Assembly (NCBI GenBank): GCA_963822445.1
Contig: CAWGHO010000003.1
Location: 1,536,001-1,600,000 of the forward strand
Length of the DNA stretch: 64,000 nt
Origin: an uncultured Acidobacteriota bacterium
Lineage (GTDB): Bacteria > Acidobacteriota > Thermoanaerobaculia > Gp7-AA8
Reading direction: 5' to 3'
Part shown: piece after piece, positions 20,120-30,370 of the stretch
Layout: every line of letters starts with the position of its first letter
Position numbering within the stretch: the stretch's first letter is position 1
Notes under the pieces: generated by a model
The model's database searches: none
What the model was told of the DNA's origin: nothing
What the model saw: only the letters and a program-made list of their open reading frames with translations
Translations under genes and position numbers: made by a program

Positions 20120-21223
20120 TCAGCGCACCGCGCGCCGTCTTGGCACCGGCGTCATGACCGGCACCGGCAGCCCGTTCACCAGCGACGAGGACGCTTTCAA
20201 ACGCGCCTCGACCTCGGCCGGCGTCAGGTCAGGCTCGCGCTCGAGGATTCGCGCGGCCATGCCCGCGACGTAAGGCGTGGCGAACGATGTGCCCGAGCCG
20301 AAGGCCGGCTGGATGAAGTGATCGATCCCGGTTCCCGAGGCCAGGAGCACGTTCGCGCCGGGTGCGAGGACTTCGACGAGAGGACCTCCGCACGACCGCG
20401 ACCAGACCTGGTTGTCGCGGGTGATCGCCCCGACCGTGATCAGGCCGTCGATCGAAGGACCGAAGAGTCCCGGGTAAGCGATGACCGTTCCGTTTTCCGA
20501 GCAACCGTTTGGCAATCCGTCGCCCGCTGCGTTTCCGGCGGCGACAGCGATGACGAAGCGCTTGCCATTCGGATCGGGGTTCATGTTTGCGTCGACGCCC
20601 GAGGTCATCCGTCGCACGTCTTCGGCGAGCTCGGCGTACTCGGTGAATCCGTGGAAGTAGCCGCCGCTGATGTTCACCACGGCCGTACGGAATGACGGCG
20701 CGGTCGGGCTGTACGCATGCTCGACGACGGCGCGCAGCGCCTCGCGGTAATCTCCAGGCCCGGCGATGATGGACACGATCTTTACGTCCGGCGCGATGCC
20801 GGTCGTGGCGCCACCGATGATCGACGCCACCGATGTGCCGTGGTTCACGCCGACGCTGCAGCGCGTCGATCCGGCTCCGCAACCGGGCGGGACAGGTCCG
20901 ACCGTTTTTTCGTGGATGACGATGCTGCCCTCAGCGCGCATGAACTCGTTGTGATCGGCCCGAATGGAAAGGTCGATGACGTAGACCACGACGCCGGCAC
21001 CGGTTGCGGGCATGAACATGCGGCCGTCGAGCGCGCCGGCGCGGCTATCCGCGCGGTCGAGATGCCAGAGGACGTTCTCGGGAAACTGCGGGCCGCACGC
21101 GACGATGCGCGCGACCGGCACGGTGAGCGCGACTTCCTCGGTTACCTGGCAGGTGGTGAAGCGAACCTGCGCGTTTACTGCGATCGTGGCGAGTACAGCG
21201 AACAGGGTGAGAAAGGTCTTCAA
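20120..21223 (-). CDS. Secreted S8 subtilisin-like serine peptidase
   Basis: Signal peptide; VYVID, NHGTSVAS, AAGN, SGTSFATPYVAG; C-terminus PRRRAVR. Confidence 0.88.
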   Translation of the reverse strand: MKTFLTLFAVLATIAVNAQVRFTTCQVTEEVALTVPVARIVACGPQFPENVLWHLDRADSRAGALDGRMFMPATGAGVVVYVIDLSIRADHNEFMRAEGSIVIHEKTVGPVPPGCGAGSTRCSVGVNHGTSVASIIGGATTGIAPDVKIVSIIAGPGDYREALRAVVEHAYSPTAPSFRTAVVNISGGYFHGFTEYAELAEDVRRMTSGVDANMNPDPNGKRFVIAVAAGNAAGDGLPNGCSENGTVIAYPGLFGPSIDGLITVGAITRDNQVWSRSCGGPLVEVLAPGANVLLASGTGIDHFIQPAFGSGTSFATPYVAGMAARILEREPDLTPAEVEARLKASSSLVNGLPVPVMTPVPRRRAVR

Positions 21224-21314
21224 GTAAAAGCTCCAGGGAAAAGGTTATTTGCGGGCGCAGTTTATAACCGGGAAGGCATGGATTTAACGAGCTGAACCGC
21301 TTGCAACCCGCGCG

Positions 21315-21857
21315 TTACACGGGAAGCGGATGCTCCTCGATCACGGTGTTGAATGTGCGCCCATCGAGCTCCAGGTAGAGTTGACGCTCGGTCACCGTTA
21401 GCGACAGCGCTGCGCGCCGCCCGACCGCCTCGGCGACCTCCTCGACGAAGCCGTCGCCGAATGTGTAGACCGGCACCTCATCCGAACGATGAATTCTCTT
21501 GCCCGAGAGTGACTCCATCACCACTCGAAGCGGGCGGTGCGTGTAAACGGCTACCCGGCCGGCCAACTTCGTGGCCCGGTGGATCCGTTCGGCGTCAGGT
21601 GCGCCCACCTCGATCCATGCAGTGATGCGTCCGGTCAGGTCGCGCACCAGGACCGCCGGCTCATCGCCGGCCGCGACTCCTTCTGTCAGCGAAATCCCTT
21701 CGGCATACTCGAGCGAATACGCGAGGACCCGGCTGAGCATGTACGGCGCGGTCTCCGACGGCTGACGGGCAACGCGCAGGTCGACCTTCTCGTAGACGCC
21801 GCGATCGATGTCAGAGATTTCGAGCGCAAACGCGTGAATCGTCGGGGTCAGAGCCAT
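21315..21857 (-). CDS. yaeQ: YaeQ family protein
   Basis: MALTPTIH..LEISDIDRGVY, ARQPSET, WIEVGAPD. Confidence 0.88.
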   Translation of the reverse strand: MALTPTIHAFALEISDIDRGVYEKVDLRVARQPSETAPYMLSRVLAYSLEYAEGISLTEGVAAGDEPAVLVRDLTGRITAWIEVGAPDAERIHRATKLAGRVAVYTHRPLRVVMESLSGKRIHRSDEVPVYTFGDGFVEEVAEAVGRRAALSLTVTERQLYLELDGRTFNTVIEEHPLPV

Positions 21858-21876
21858 CGGGTTGCAGCACGGCTGC

Positions 21877-23583
<1,707 letters not shown>

Positions 23584-23707
23584 TCAGGTGGGTCGGGCGT
23601 TGAATCGAAAAATGAGCCAGACGGCTCAATGACAAGCTCCGATTTCACGCATCGGAAGGCATTCTAAATCGGCGCCAGCAATGCGGCAAGACCGGCGGGT
23701 GGAGAAG

Positions 23708-24433
23708 TCATTGCCGGAGCAGTTCCGCCTCGACCCGCGCCACATCCTCAGGACGGTCGACGCCGAGGTGGGCGCGGGTGGTCTGGAGGACGTTGATGCG
23801 CATCCCGTTCTGCAGGGCGCGCAGCTGTTCGAGCGATTCGGCGAGCTCCAGCGACGACGGGGCGAGGGCCACGAAACGGTTCAGCACGTCGCGGCGGTAG
23901 GCGTACACACCGATGTGGCGCATGGCCGTCTCCCGGGAGGCGATCGGGGCGCGGGAAAAGTAGAGAGCGTTGCCGATCATGTCCCGGATCACCTTCACCA
24001 CGTCGCGGCTCTGAAACTCCTCGTCCGACTCGAGCGGTGAGGCCAGCGTGGCCAATCCCGAAATCGTGTTCGCCAACTTGTCGATGAGCGCGTCGACGCC
24101 GGTCATGTCGATCAGCGGCTCATCGCCCTGCACGTTGACGACGATGTCGAACGGCTCTCCCTCGGCGCTCTCGATGATCGGCAGGGCCGCGGCGATCCGG
24201 TCCGTCCCGCTCTGAAACTCGCCCTCGGGACGGACGACCTTTCCGCCGAACTCGAGGACGTGGCCGAAGATGCGGTCGTCGTCCGTCGCGACGTAGACCG
24301 CGGTCGCGCGCGCGGAGATCGATGCCCGCTCGTACACGCGCTGAATGAGAGAGAGGCCGGCGATCTGCGCCAGAGGCTTTCCGGGGAATCGCGAAGAGCC
24401 CCAGCGCGCGGGAACTACAATCACCGACCGCAT
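23708..24433 (-). CDS. kdsB: 3-deoxy-manno-octulosonate cytidylyltransferase
   Basis: PARWGSSRFPGKPL, SGTDRI, NVQGDEP, ALYFSRAPI, ESLEQLRAL. Confidence 0.96.
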   Translation of the reverse strand: MRSVIVVPARWGSSRFPGKPLAQIAGLSLIQRVYERASISARATAVYVATDDDRIFGHVLEFGGKVVRPEGEFQSGTDRIAAALPIIESAEGEPFDIVVNVQGDEPLIDMTGVDALIDKLANTISGLATLASPLESDEEFQSRDVVKVIRDMIGNALYFSRAPIASRETAMRHIGVYAYRRDVLNRFVALAPSSLELAESLEQLRALQNGMRINVLQTTRAHLGVDRPEDVARVEAELLRQ

Positions 24434-25424
24434 GAACGCCGGGGATTCTATCAACGCCCGCGAGCGCGACCTCGTGAAGCGCCTCGGCGTGGTGGTCATC
24501 TTCATCCTCGTCTTCACCGCGGCGTTCGCGCATCTCCATCGCGTCTACGCCGACAAGTTCTTCGGCATCACCGGGCGGGCGGAGTGGATCTGGGCGCAGC
24601 ACCGGATGAGCTCGAACGAGCCGGTGGCGTTTTTCGCGACGCGCGACGTCGTGCTCCCGGAGCGGCGCGATTTCACTCACCTGAAAGTGATCGGCGACCC
24701 GGAGTACACGATTCATGTGAACGGGCGCGAGGTCGCGGGGCGGCGACTGGCGGGGCGTCGCAAGACGCACGTCGACGAGCGGCTCGATCTCTACGACATC
24801 TCCTCACTGGTGAAGACCGGAAGGAACCGGATCGTGATCACCGTCCGCGCACCGGCGGGCATCGGCGGTCTCATCGCGTCGATCGACCTGGCGCCTGAGA
24901 ATCAGAACTGGCTGGTGACGAATGCGGACTGGAAGATCTATCGGCAGTGGCATCCGGAGCTCTTCCGCCGCGATCCCGTGGGCGTGCCGTGGGAACCGCC
25001 GCAGATCGTCGGTGCGCCGCCGGTCGGACGGTGGAACTACCTGCAGGTTGCGCGGCGGCAACACGGCGCGAAGACGACGACGGTCGTGCCTCCGCGCGAT
25101 TCGTTCGAAGTCGTCGGGCTGATTCCCGCGATCCGAACGCGCGGCGGCGTGGCGGTGGCGGTTGCCGATCGCGCGCGGGCTACGGCGTTCGACTTCGGCT
25201 TCACGAAAGGGCATCTGCGGCTGACGCGCGAGCGGTCGCACTTTGCCAGCCGGACGGTGAACGTGCGTTTCGCTTTCGCGCGGCACGAGCTCGGCTACGT
25301 CGAATGGAATCTGCGGCCGATCGTCTTCGCGCCGGGCGAGATGTCCGTCACCACGCCCGAGACGCACGACTTCCGCTACGCGATGGTGTTCGCGAGGGGA
25401 GTGCGGGCGGAGGAGGTCCGGTAG
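24432..25424 (+). CDS. Membrane-anchored protein with galactose-binding/rhamnosidase N-terminal-like jelly-roll domain
   Basis: One TM helix; AEWIW, YTIHVNG, LVKTGRNRIVITVR, GGLIA, VTNADWK. Confidence 0.6.
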   Translation: MNAGDSINARERDLVKRLGVVVIFILVFTAAFAHLHRVYADKFFGITGRAEWIWAQHRMSSNEPVAFFATRDVVLPERRDFTHLKVIGDPEYTIHVNGREVAGRRLAGRRKTHVDERLDLYDISSLVKTGRNRIVITVRAPAGIGGLIASIDLAPENQNWLVTNADWKIYRQWHPELFRRDPVGVPWEPPQIVGAPPVGRWNYLQVARRQHGAKTTTVVPPRDSFEVVGLIPAIRTRGGVAVAVADRARATAFDFGFTKGHLRLTRERSHFASRTVNVRFAFARHELGYVEWNLRPIVFAPGEMSVTTPETHDFRYAMVFARGVRAEEVR

Positions 25425-25529
25425 TTTATCCCGCGCGAAGACGCGGGATCTCTCGGTGCACCTGCCGCAATGATGGCTACTGCGCCGCTGGTGCACGCAG
25501 AGATCCCGCGTCTTCGCGCGGGATAAACT
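25423..25529. repeat. REPIN/MITE-like inverted doublet, family B
   Basis: Perfect 31-nt IR AGTTTATCCCGCGCGAAGACGCGGGATCTCT; each arm is itself a hairpin; second copy at 37654. Confidence 0.92.
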
Positions 25530-25543
25530 GAAAGAAAGATCTC

Positions 25544-26290
25544 CTAGTAGATGACTTTGCGGACGAAGTAGTCCTGCTGCGAGATCAGGCGCTTCTCCAT
25601 CGCATCCGCGTCGGCGCGGCTCATCTGAAACCTTCCCGCCGAACCGCCGGAGGTCGTCTTCATGAACAGCTCGACCATGTCGATCACCGCGCCGTCGACG
25701 CCGGCGTTGCGCATGATCAGGTAGGACGTCGCCGAGATCGCGTTGAAGACGCGCTCTTCCGTGTCGACGGTCAGCTCGGCGCGAAGGCTGCGCGCGCCGG
25801 TCGAGACGATGTTCTTCTCGAAGATGCCGATGTTCTCGTAGGACTTGTCGAAATTGTCGAGCACGCGCTGCGGCACGGTGCCGGCGACGACGTTCGGCGG
25901 CGGCGCCACGACGGGAGCCTGGGACGTGTCAGGCGTCGGCACCTTGCCGGTGCTGCGCTGACGAAGCTTGATCTGGCCGCCGAGGGGCTCCTGTTGCTGC
26001 TGCGCGGGAACCTGGGAGACGGGCATGTTCGTGGTGAGATCGAGCAGCTTCCCGTCGACGCCCAGCTTGGTGAGCTGTTCGGACTTCGCCGCGTCGATCA
26101 GGGCGGGATCGACCTGTAGGGACTGCCCGTTGGTCAGGAGGATGATCGCCTTGCCGTTCTGGATCGTGTACTTCGCCTTGGCCTTGTAGCGCGTGCCGTC
26201 CCGCATCACGACGGTGTACTGCGCGAACGCCTGCGCGGCCACGAGCAGCGCTGCGAACATCACGACGAATCGGGTGAGTCTTTTCTGCAT
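25544..26290 (-). CDS. Secreted hypothetical protein
   Basis: GGAGG SD, signal AFA-Q, small N-terminal beta domain, Pro/Gln linker, C-terminal domain. Confidence 0.8.
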   Translation of the reverse strand: MQKRLTRFVVMFAALLVAAQAFAQYTVVMRDGTRYKAKAKYTIQNGKAIILLTNGQSLQVDPALIDAAKSEQLTKLGVDGKLLDLTTNMPVSQVPAQQQQEPLGGQIKLRQRSTGKVPTPDTSQAPVVAPPPNVVAGTVPQRVLDNFDKSYENIGIFEKNIVSTGARSLRAELTVDTEERVFNAISATSYLIMRNAGVDGAVIDMVELFMKTTSGGSAGRFQMSRADADAMEKRLISQQDYFVRKVIY

Positions 26291-26322
26291 GGCGCCTCCG
26301 GAATCTGGGGGTGAAGCGGTCG

Positions 26323-26330
26323 ATTATACT
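26323..26330. promoter_or_regulatory. Overlapping bidirectional -10 boxes
   Basis: ATTATACT reads TATAAT on the minus strand (26323-26328) and TATACT on the plus strand (26325-26330), between divergent genes. Confidence 0.55.
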
Positions 26331-26401
26331 GACGCGTCGCAACGCCGGACTGCCGGTCGGCGATTCCGAATCCGGTTCTTCACCCCAGGAGAGATACCCG
26401 C

Positions 26402-27436
26402 ATGCTGGTCGTCATGGAGGCCGCGGCGCGGCCCGAGCAGATCGAAGCCGTCGTTCGCCACATCGAGCGTCTCGGTTTCAAGGCGCACCCCATCCCGGGA
26501 GCGTACCGGACGGCGATCGGCGTCACCGGACACGGCGGGAAGGCCGATCCGCTCATCCTGGAGAACTTCCCCGGCGTCAAGGAAGTCATCCCTGTCTCCC
26601 ACGCATACAAGCTCGTCAGCAGGGAAGCGCGACCGGAGGATTCGATCGTCAACGTCGGCGGGGTCGACGTGGGCGGAAACGGGATCGTGGTCATCGGCGG
26701 TCCTTGCGCGGTCGAATCGCTCGACCAGACCCGCACCATCGCCGAGGCGGTCAAGCGCGCCGGTGCGCAGCTCTTCCGTGGCGGCGCGTACAAGCCGCGC
26801 ACGTCGCCTTACTCGTTCCAGGGGCTGGGGGAGAAGGCGCTGGAGATTCTCGCGCGCGTTCGCGAGGAATTCGACATCCCAGTGATCACCGAGGCGATCG
26901 ATCACGAATCGCTGCAGCTGGTCGAGCAGTACGCGGACTGCATCCAGATCGGCGCGCGGAACATGCAGAACTTCGCGCTCCTGAAAAGCGCCGGCCGCTC
27001 GCGGAAACCGGTCCTGCTGAAGCGAGGGATGGCCGCGACGCTCGAGGAGCTGCTGCTGTCGGCCGAATACATCATGTCCGAGGGGAACTACGCGGTGATG
27101 CTGTGCGAGCGGGGCGTGCGGACGTTCGCCGACCACACGCGCAACACGCTCGACCTCTCGGTGATCCCCGCGGTGAAGCGCATCTCCCATCTACCGATCC
27201 TCGTCGATCCGAGCCACGGCACGGGCAAGCGCAACAAGGTGCTGCCGATGTCCCGCGCCGCGATCGCCGCGGGCGCCGACGGGGTGATCATCGAGGTGCA
27301 CCACAAGCCGGAAGAGGCGCTGTCGGACGGACCGCAGGCGCTTCTGCCCGAGGCGTTCGCGGTGGTCGTGCAGCAGTGCGACGCCATCGCGCAGGTGCTT
27401 GGGCGTTCGTTGCAGCCTGCTCTGGCGGCGTCGTAG
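26402..27436 (+). CDS. aroF: DAHP synthase, type I-beta with N-terminal regulatory domain
   Basis: GPCAVES, RGGAYKPRTSPYSFQGLG, IGARNMQNF, LCERG, DPSHGTG, SDGPQ. Confidence 0.95.
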   Translation: MLVVMEAAARPEQIEAVVRHIERLGFKAHPIPGAYRTAIGVTGHGGKADPLILENFPGVKEVIPVSHAYKLVSREARPEDSIVNVGGVDVGGNGIVVIGGPCAVESLDQTRTIAEAVKRAGAQLFRGGAYKPRTSPYSFQGLGEKALEILARVREEFDIPVITEAIDHESLQLVEQYADCIQIGARNMQNFALLKSAGRSRKPVLLKRGMAATLEELLLSAEYIMSEGNYAVMLCERGVRTFADHTRNTLDLSVIPAVKRISHLPILVDPSHGTGKRNKVLPMSRAAIAAGADGVIIEVHHKPEEALSDGPQALLPEAFAVVVQQCDAIAQVLGRSLQPALAAS

Positions 27437-27447
27437 CGCACGAGCAC

Positions 27448-27472
27448 ACCGGGGCGCCTCCGGCGCCCCGGT
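27448..27472. terminator. Hairpin between convergent genes (CCTCCGG loop region as in family A)
   Basis: ACCGGGGCGCC-TCC-GGCGCCCCGGT. Confidence 0.65.
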
Positions 27473-28161
27473 CAGCTTTTGCCCTGCAACAGCTTCAGTG
27501 CAGCCTGCTTCAACGCCATGCTCGTGCCCCCGCGCGCGATGTTGCGCAACTCCGGGACCGGCAGCGTCGGCAGGATCTTGAGAGCGAAGGCCGGCGGGGT
27601 TTTCGGGTTGTTGACCAGGCCCACCCGCACGTCCAGGCTGGCCATCCACTGGCCGGTCTTCACGATCACGTCCGCGATCTGGTAGTTGAGAAACGACGAC
27701 TTCGCGAGGCGCGCCACTTCCTCGACCGTGATTCGCGGGTTGCGCAGGATCGATAGCAGTACGCGCGGGTCGTTGTCCTGGAGCAGGAGAGCGCGTTCGC
27801 TGCGATCGGCTTTCACCGCGAGGAGCAACTTCTCCATCTGCGACAGGCCGCGGATGCGATCCCAGACGTTGCCGGGTTTTTCTTCCTCGGCCTCCGGCTT
27901 CGTCAGGAGCTTCTGCATCATCTCCTCGACATTGCCGTCGATCACCACCGCTATGCCGTCCGGCAGCGCGGCAACTGCTGTTGCTTTCGCGAACGCCTCG
28001 CCGCCGCCCGCGCCGCGGAGCGTCAGCAGCAGCGCGGTGTTCAGGGGCACGGTCTCGGCGGTCGTGAGGCGGAGGGCGTTGTCCACGAGGTTCGCGCGCA
28101 GCTCCTGCTCGCTGTCGAACTCCGCGGTGAACGCGGCCGTGCCGTTCCGGGTGACTTTCAT
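27472..28161 (-). CDS. Hypothetical protein: PilZ-like N-terminal beta region plus helical-repeat C-terminal domain
   Basis: ATG 28161 overlaps upstream stop; LSQMEKLLLAVKADRSERALL, ILRNPRIT, LVNNPKTP. Confidence 0.65.
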   Translation of the reverse strand: MKVTRNGTAAFTAEFDSEQELRANLVDNALRLTTAETVPLNTALLLTLRGAGGGEAFAKATAVAALPDGIAVVIDGNVEEMMQKLLTKPEAEEEKPGNVWDRIRGLSQMEKLLLAVKADRSERALLLQDNDPRVLLSILRNPRITVEEVARLAKSSFLNYQIADVIVKTGQWMASLDVRVGLVNNPKTPPAFALKILPTLPVPELRNIARGGTSMALKQAALKLLQGKS

Positions 28162-28922
28162 CCGATCACGCAGATCATCTTCAAAAGCGGCTCGGCGAGG
28201 CGGGCATCCCCTTCGACTTGCGGTTCCTTCTTCGCCCGCGCCTTCGTGAACAACCGCCACGCCGAATCGGGATCGATCGTGACGACGGCCGACGCTTCAT
28301 CCTCGCCGGGGAACAGTTTCCACTGATCATTCTCGCGGCGAAGCGTCCAGGCGTCGGTGATTCGCAAGGCGATCGCCGTTCCATCAGGCGCTGAAAAATC
28401 ACGATACGCGTGCGGCACGCCGCGGACGAACGTGTCGATGACCGGGCCGAGGAACGGCTCGAACAGCGGCGGGCGGGCGAGGGCGTCGCGGATCTGTTGC
28501 TGGTGATGCCAGCGCTCCGTCAGCTCGCGAGCGACGTCGAACCACACCGGCGATTCCTCTTCGCCCGCCCACGCCACGCCCCACATCGCCTTCGCGAATG
28601 GATCGAGCGAGACGAGATACGAGGCCTCCTCGCTGCCGTAGCGATCCATCATCTCGATGAGAATCCGCGGGCTGATCCGCCGCATGGCCACGATCCAGTC
28701 GCGATTTGCAGCATTCGGCTCGAAATCCGGAATCGGCACCTGCGACAGCCGTCGCAGCGCGGTATCGAGCAGATGCGCGGTCAGGTCTTTCACCGTCCAC
28801 GAGCCCGCCGCGGTCCGCGCGTTCCACTCCTCGTCAGAGATCCCGCGCAGGAGCGCGATCAGCTCTTCGTGAAGCGGCGCAAACAGTTCCGCGGTGAGAA
28901 TCGGCTGCATTGGTAGACTCAC
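28158..28922 (-). CDS. Maleylpyruvate isomerase N-terminal (MDMPI/DinB superfamily) protein
   Basis: WNARTAAGSWTVKDLTAHL, ELTERWHHQQQIRDA; start GTG 28922 or ATG 28910. Confidence 0.8.
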   Translation of the reverse strand: MSLPMQPILTAELFAPLHEELIALLRGISDEEWNARTAAGSWTVKDLTAHLLDTALRRLSQVPIPDFEPNAANRDWIVAMRRISPRILIEMMDRYGSEEASYLVSLDPFAKAMWGVAWAGEEESPVWFDVARELTERWHHQQQIRDALARPPLFEPFLGPVIDTFVRGVPHAYRDFSAPDGTAIALRITDAWTLRRENDQWKLFPGEDEASAVVTIDPDSAWRLFTKARAKKEPQVEGDARLAEPLLKMICVIG

Positions 28923-28935
28923 GCCCCGCGATCTT

Positions 28936-30370
28936 ATGCGCCGCACGAAAATTCTCGCCACCCTCGGCCCCGCCAGCAGCAGCGAAGAGATGATCTACAG
29001 GCTCCTGACCTGTGGCGTCGACGCCTTTCGCCTGAACTTCTCCCACGGCAAGCATGAAGAGCACGCGAGGGTCGTCGCGACGATCCGCTCCGTGGCCATG
29101 GACCTCGGCCGCTACGTTCCGATCGTCGGCGACATTCAGGGCCCGAAACTGCGCATCGGCGACGTCGACGGCGTGCTCCACCTCGAGTCCGGACAACCAT
29201 TCGAGATCTCGACCGAGCCCGTCCTCGGGACCGCGAAGAAAGTCTCGACCAACTTCAAACCGCTCCCGAACGAAGTGCAGATCGGCCAGCGCATCCTCAT
29301 CAACGACGGCCTGGTCGAGCTGGTCGTGACCGCGGTCGAGCCGAAGAGCGTCAGCACGCGGATCATTCACGGCGGTCCGATCTCCTCGAAGAAGGGGATG
29401 AACTTCCCCGACTCCGAGCTGACCATTCCCGCGATCACCGACAAGGACAAAGTCGATCTGAAGTTCGCCGTCGAGCAGAAGCTCGACTACATCGCCGCGT
29501 CGTTCATCCGCCGCAAGAGCGACATCGTCGAGCTGCGGGAAATCCTCCATTCGCACGGCGGCAACGAGATCAACGTCATCGCCAAGCTCGAGAAACCGCA
29601 GGCCATCGACAACCTCGACGAGATCCTCGAGGTCAGTGACGGAGTGATGGTTGCCCGCGGCGATCTCGGCGTCGAATTGCCGCCGGAAGCGGTGCCGATC
29701 ATTCAGAAGAAGATCCTCGTGCGCGCCAGCCGGTGGGGGAGATTCGCCATCACCGCGACGCAGATGCTGGAGTCGATGACCACCAACTCCCGGCCCACAC
29801 GCGCCGAAGCCTCGGACGTCGCGAACGCGATCTTCGACGGATCCGATGCGGTGATGTTGTCGGCGGAAACGGCGTCGGGGAAGTATCCCGTCGAAGCCGT
29901 GCAGATGATGGCCCGGATCGTCTTTGCGGCCGAGGCCAACCGGCAGCATGTGGCGTTCGAGTGGGAGCGCGAGCCGTTCAGGAAAGTATCGGAGCTCGAC
30001 GAATTCACCGACGCGCTGGCCGGCGCCGCGAACTACGCCGCGGAGCAGTTGGACGCGAAGTACCTGGTCGTCTTCACCCAGACCGGGTTCGCGGCGCGGC
30101 TCATGTCGAAGTTCCGCCCGAAGGTCCCGATCATCGCCCTCACGCCCTCGAGCTGGGTCGCGCGGCGCATGAATCTGCTCTGGGGCGTGCAGCCGTTCGT
30201 GGTGCAGGAAGCGGGGGAGTTCCATGAGCAGATCGTCGACCGCGTGGACGACGTTCCTCCTGTCGAAGGACATCGTCCGTCCCGGCGACAGACTGGTGAT
30301 CCTGATGGGATCACCGATCTATCAGCGCGCGAAAACGAACCTGCTGCGCGTGCACCGGGTCAGGGACTAG
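28936..30370 (+). CDS. pyk: Pyruvate kinase with apparent +1 frameshift near 30253
   Basis: TKILATLGPAS, RLNFSHG, MVARGDLGVE, ATQMLESM; canonical end DIVRPGDRLVILMG...KTNLLRVHRV lies in the shifted frame ending TAG 30370. Confidence 0.95.

Noticed and set aside
20120-20149. RRRAVR as a Tat signal
   Set aside because: It lies at the C-terminus or after the hydrophobic signal region, not before it, and lacks the RRxFL pattern.
26402-27436. kdsA completing the usual kdsB-pyrG-kdsA cluster
   Set aside because: KPRTS motif and N-terminal regulatory domain identify DAHP synthase (KdsA has KANRS); kdsA is presumably elsewhere.
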